DNA from: Octopus sinensis
Taxonomy: Eukaryota
DNA: 19,697 nucleotides
Assembly: GCF_006345805.1 (NCBI RefSeq)
Contig: NW_021824181.1
Span: 1-19,697, forward strand
Reading direction: 5' to 3'
Part shown: piece after piece, positions 19,291-19,697 of the stretch
Layout of the letters: the number at the start of each line of letters is the position of its first letter
How positions within the stretch are numbered: the stretch's first letter is position 1
Notes under the pieces: generated by a model
Seen by the model: only the letters and a program-made list of their open reading frames with translations
Told to the model about the DNA's origin: nothing
Databases searched by the model: none
Program-made: the position numbers and the translations under genes

Positions 19291-19697
19291 TACTTATATG
19301 TACAATACTCTTCCGTAAGTATTTCTCTTGCTGTGGCCATTTGGCTCTATCAAGCCAGTTGTAGAGATAGGTTCTTGTTGGTTTGTTGTCTTTCATTATT
19401 GAGACATTTCTTTCCTTATACTTTGTATATTTGACTTGATGTTATAATAGCTTTATATTGTGTTTTATTGAATAGTTTGTGACATTTGTGATTGGCAAGT
19501 AAATATTTACTCATTAAATATCATTGTTAAGCAATAACGTTGACCACTAATGTGTGTTTTGTTCAATATAATGAACATAATTTTTGTCTTAATGTAGAAC
19601 GTAAAGTAAAACAAATGATAATGAAAAGTGGACTCAACTAAGAGATGATGTAAGAAATCAATGCTGTGTGAATACTTAATCACTGGGAAAACAAACT

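Noticed and set aside
19598-19649. 52-nt AG...GTAAGA-bounded segment containing NDNEKWTQLRDD in one frame
   Set aside because: All three frames hit a stop, and phase 0 from exon 6 gives NVK then stop. It could be a decayed or UTR exon but cannot be supported.

Overview
AT-rich eukaryotic DNA, dense in microsatellites and interspersed repeats. The repeat families look to me like those of an octopus (coleoid cephalopod) genome; this is recognition from memory, not a database result. One intact, intron-rich + strand gene can be assembled by hand from six coding exons (3237-3314, 6203-6363, 7863-7908, 10164-10318, 11270-11306, 16070-16282). They total 690 nt (230 codons), have phase-compatible GT-AG junctions, and contain no stops. 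The product is an N-cap plus about six ankyrin repeats and continues past the last exon I can find. The introns hold tRNA-derived SINEs of about three families, decayed non-LTR retrotransposon fragments (one RLE/HERO-like, one CR1/L2-group, two RTE-clade), two fold-back elements, probable non-autonomous Helitrons, and long (TA)n, (CA)n, (GA)n and (GAT)n tracts. Most ORF-track entries are microsatellite artefacts. The most notable structures are a GC-rich 74-bp-arm hairpin at 842-1035 inside an 18-bp direct repeat, the frame-preserving two-repeat exon modules, inverted SINEs bracketing exons 4-5, and a palindromic minisatellite in an RTE 3' UTR. I found no evidence that establishes a new biological system; these are leads only.
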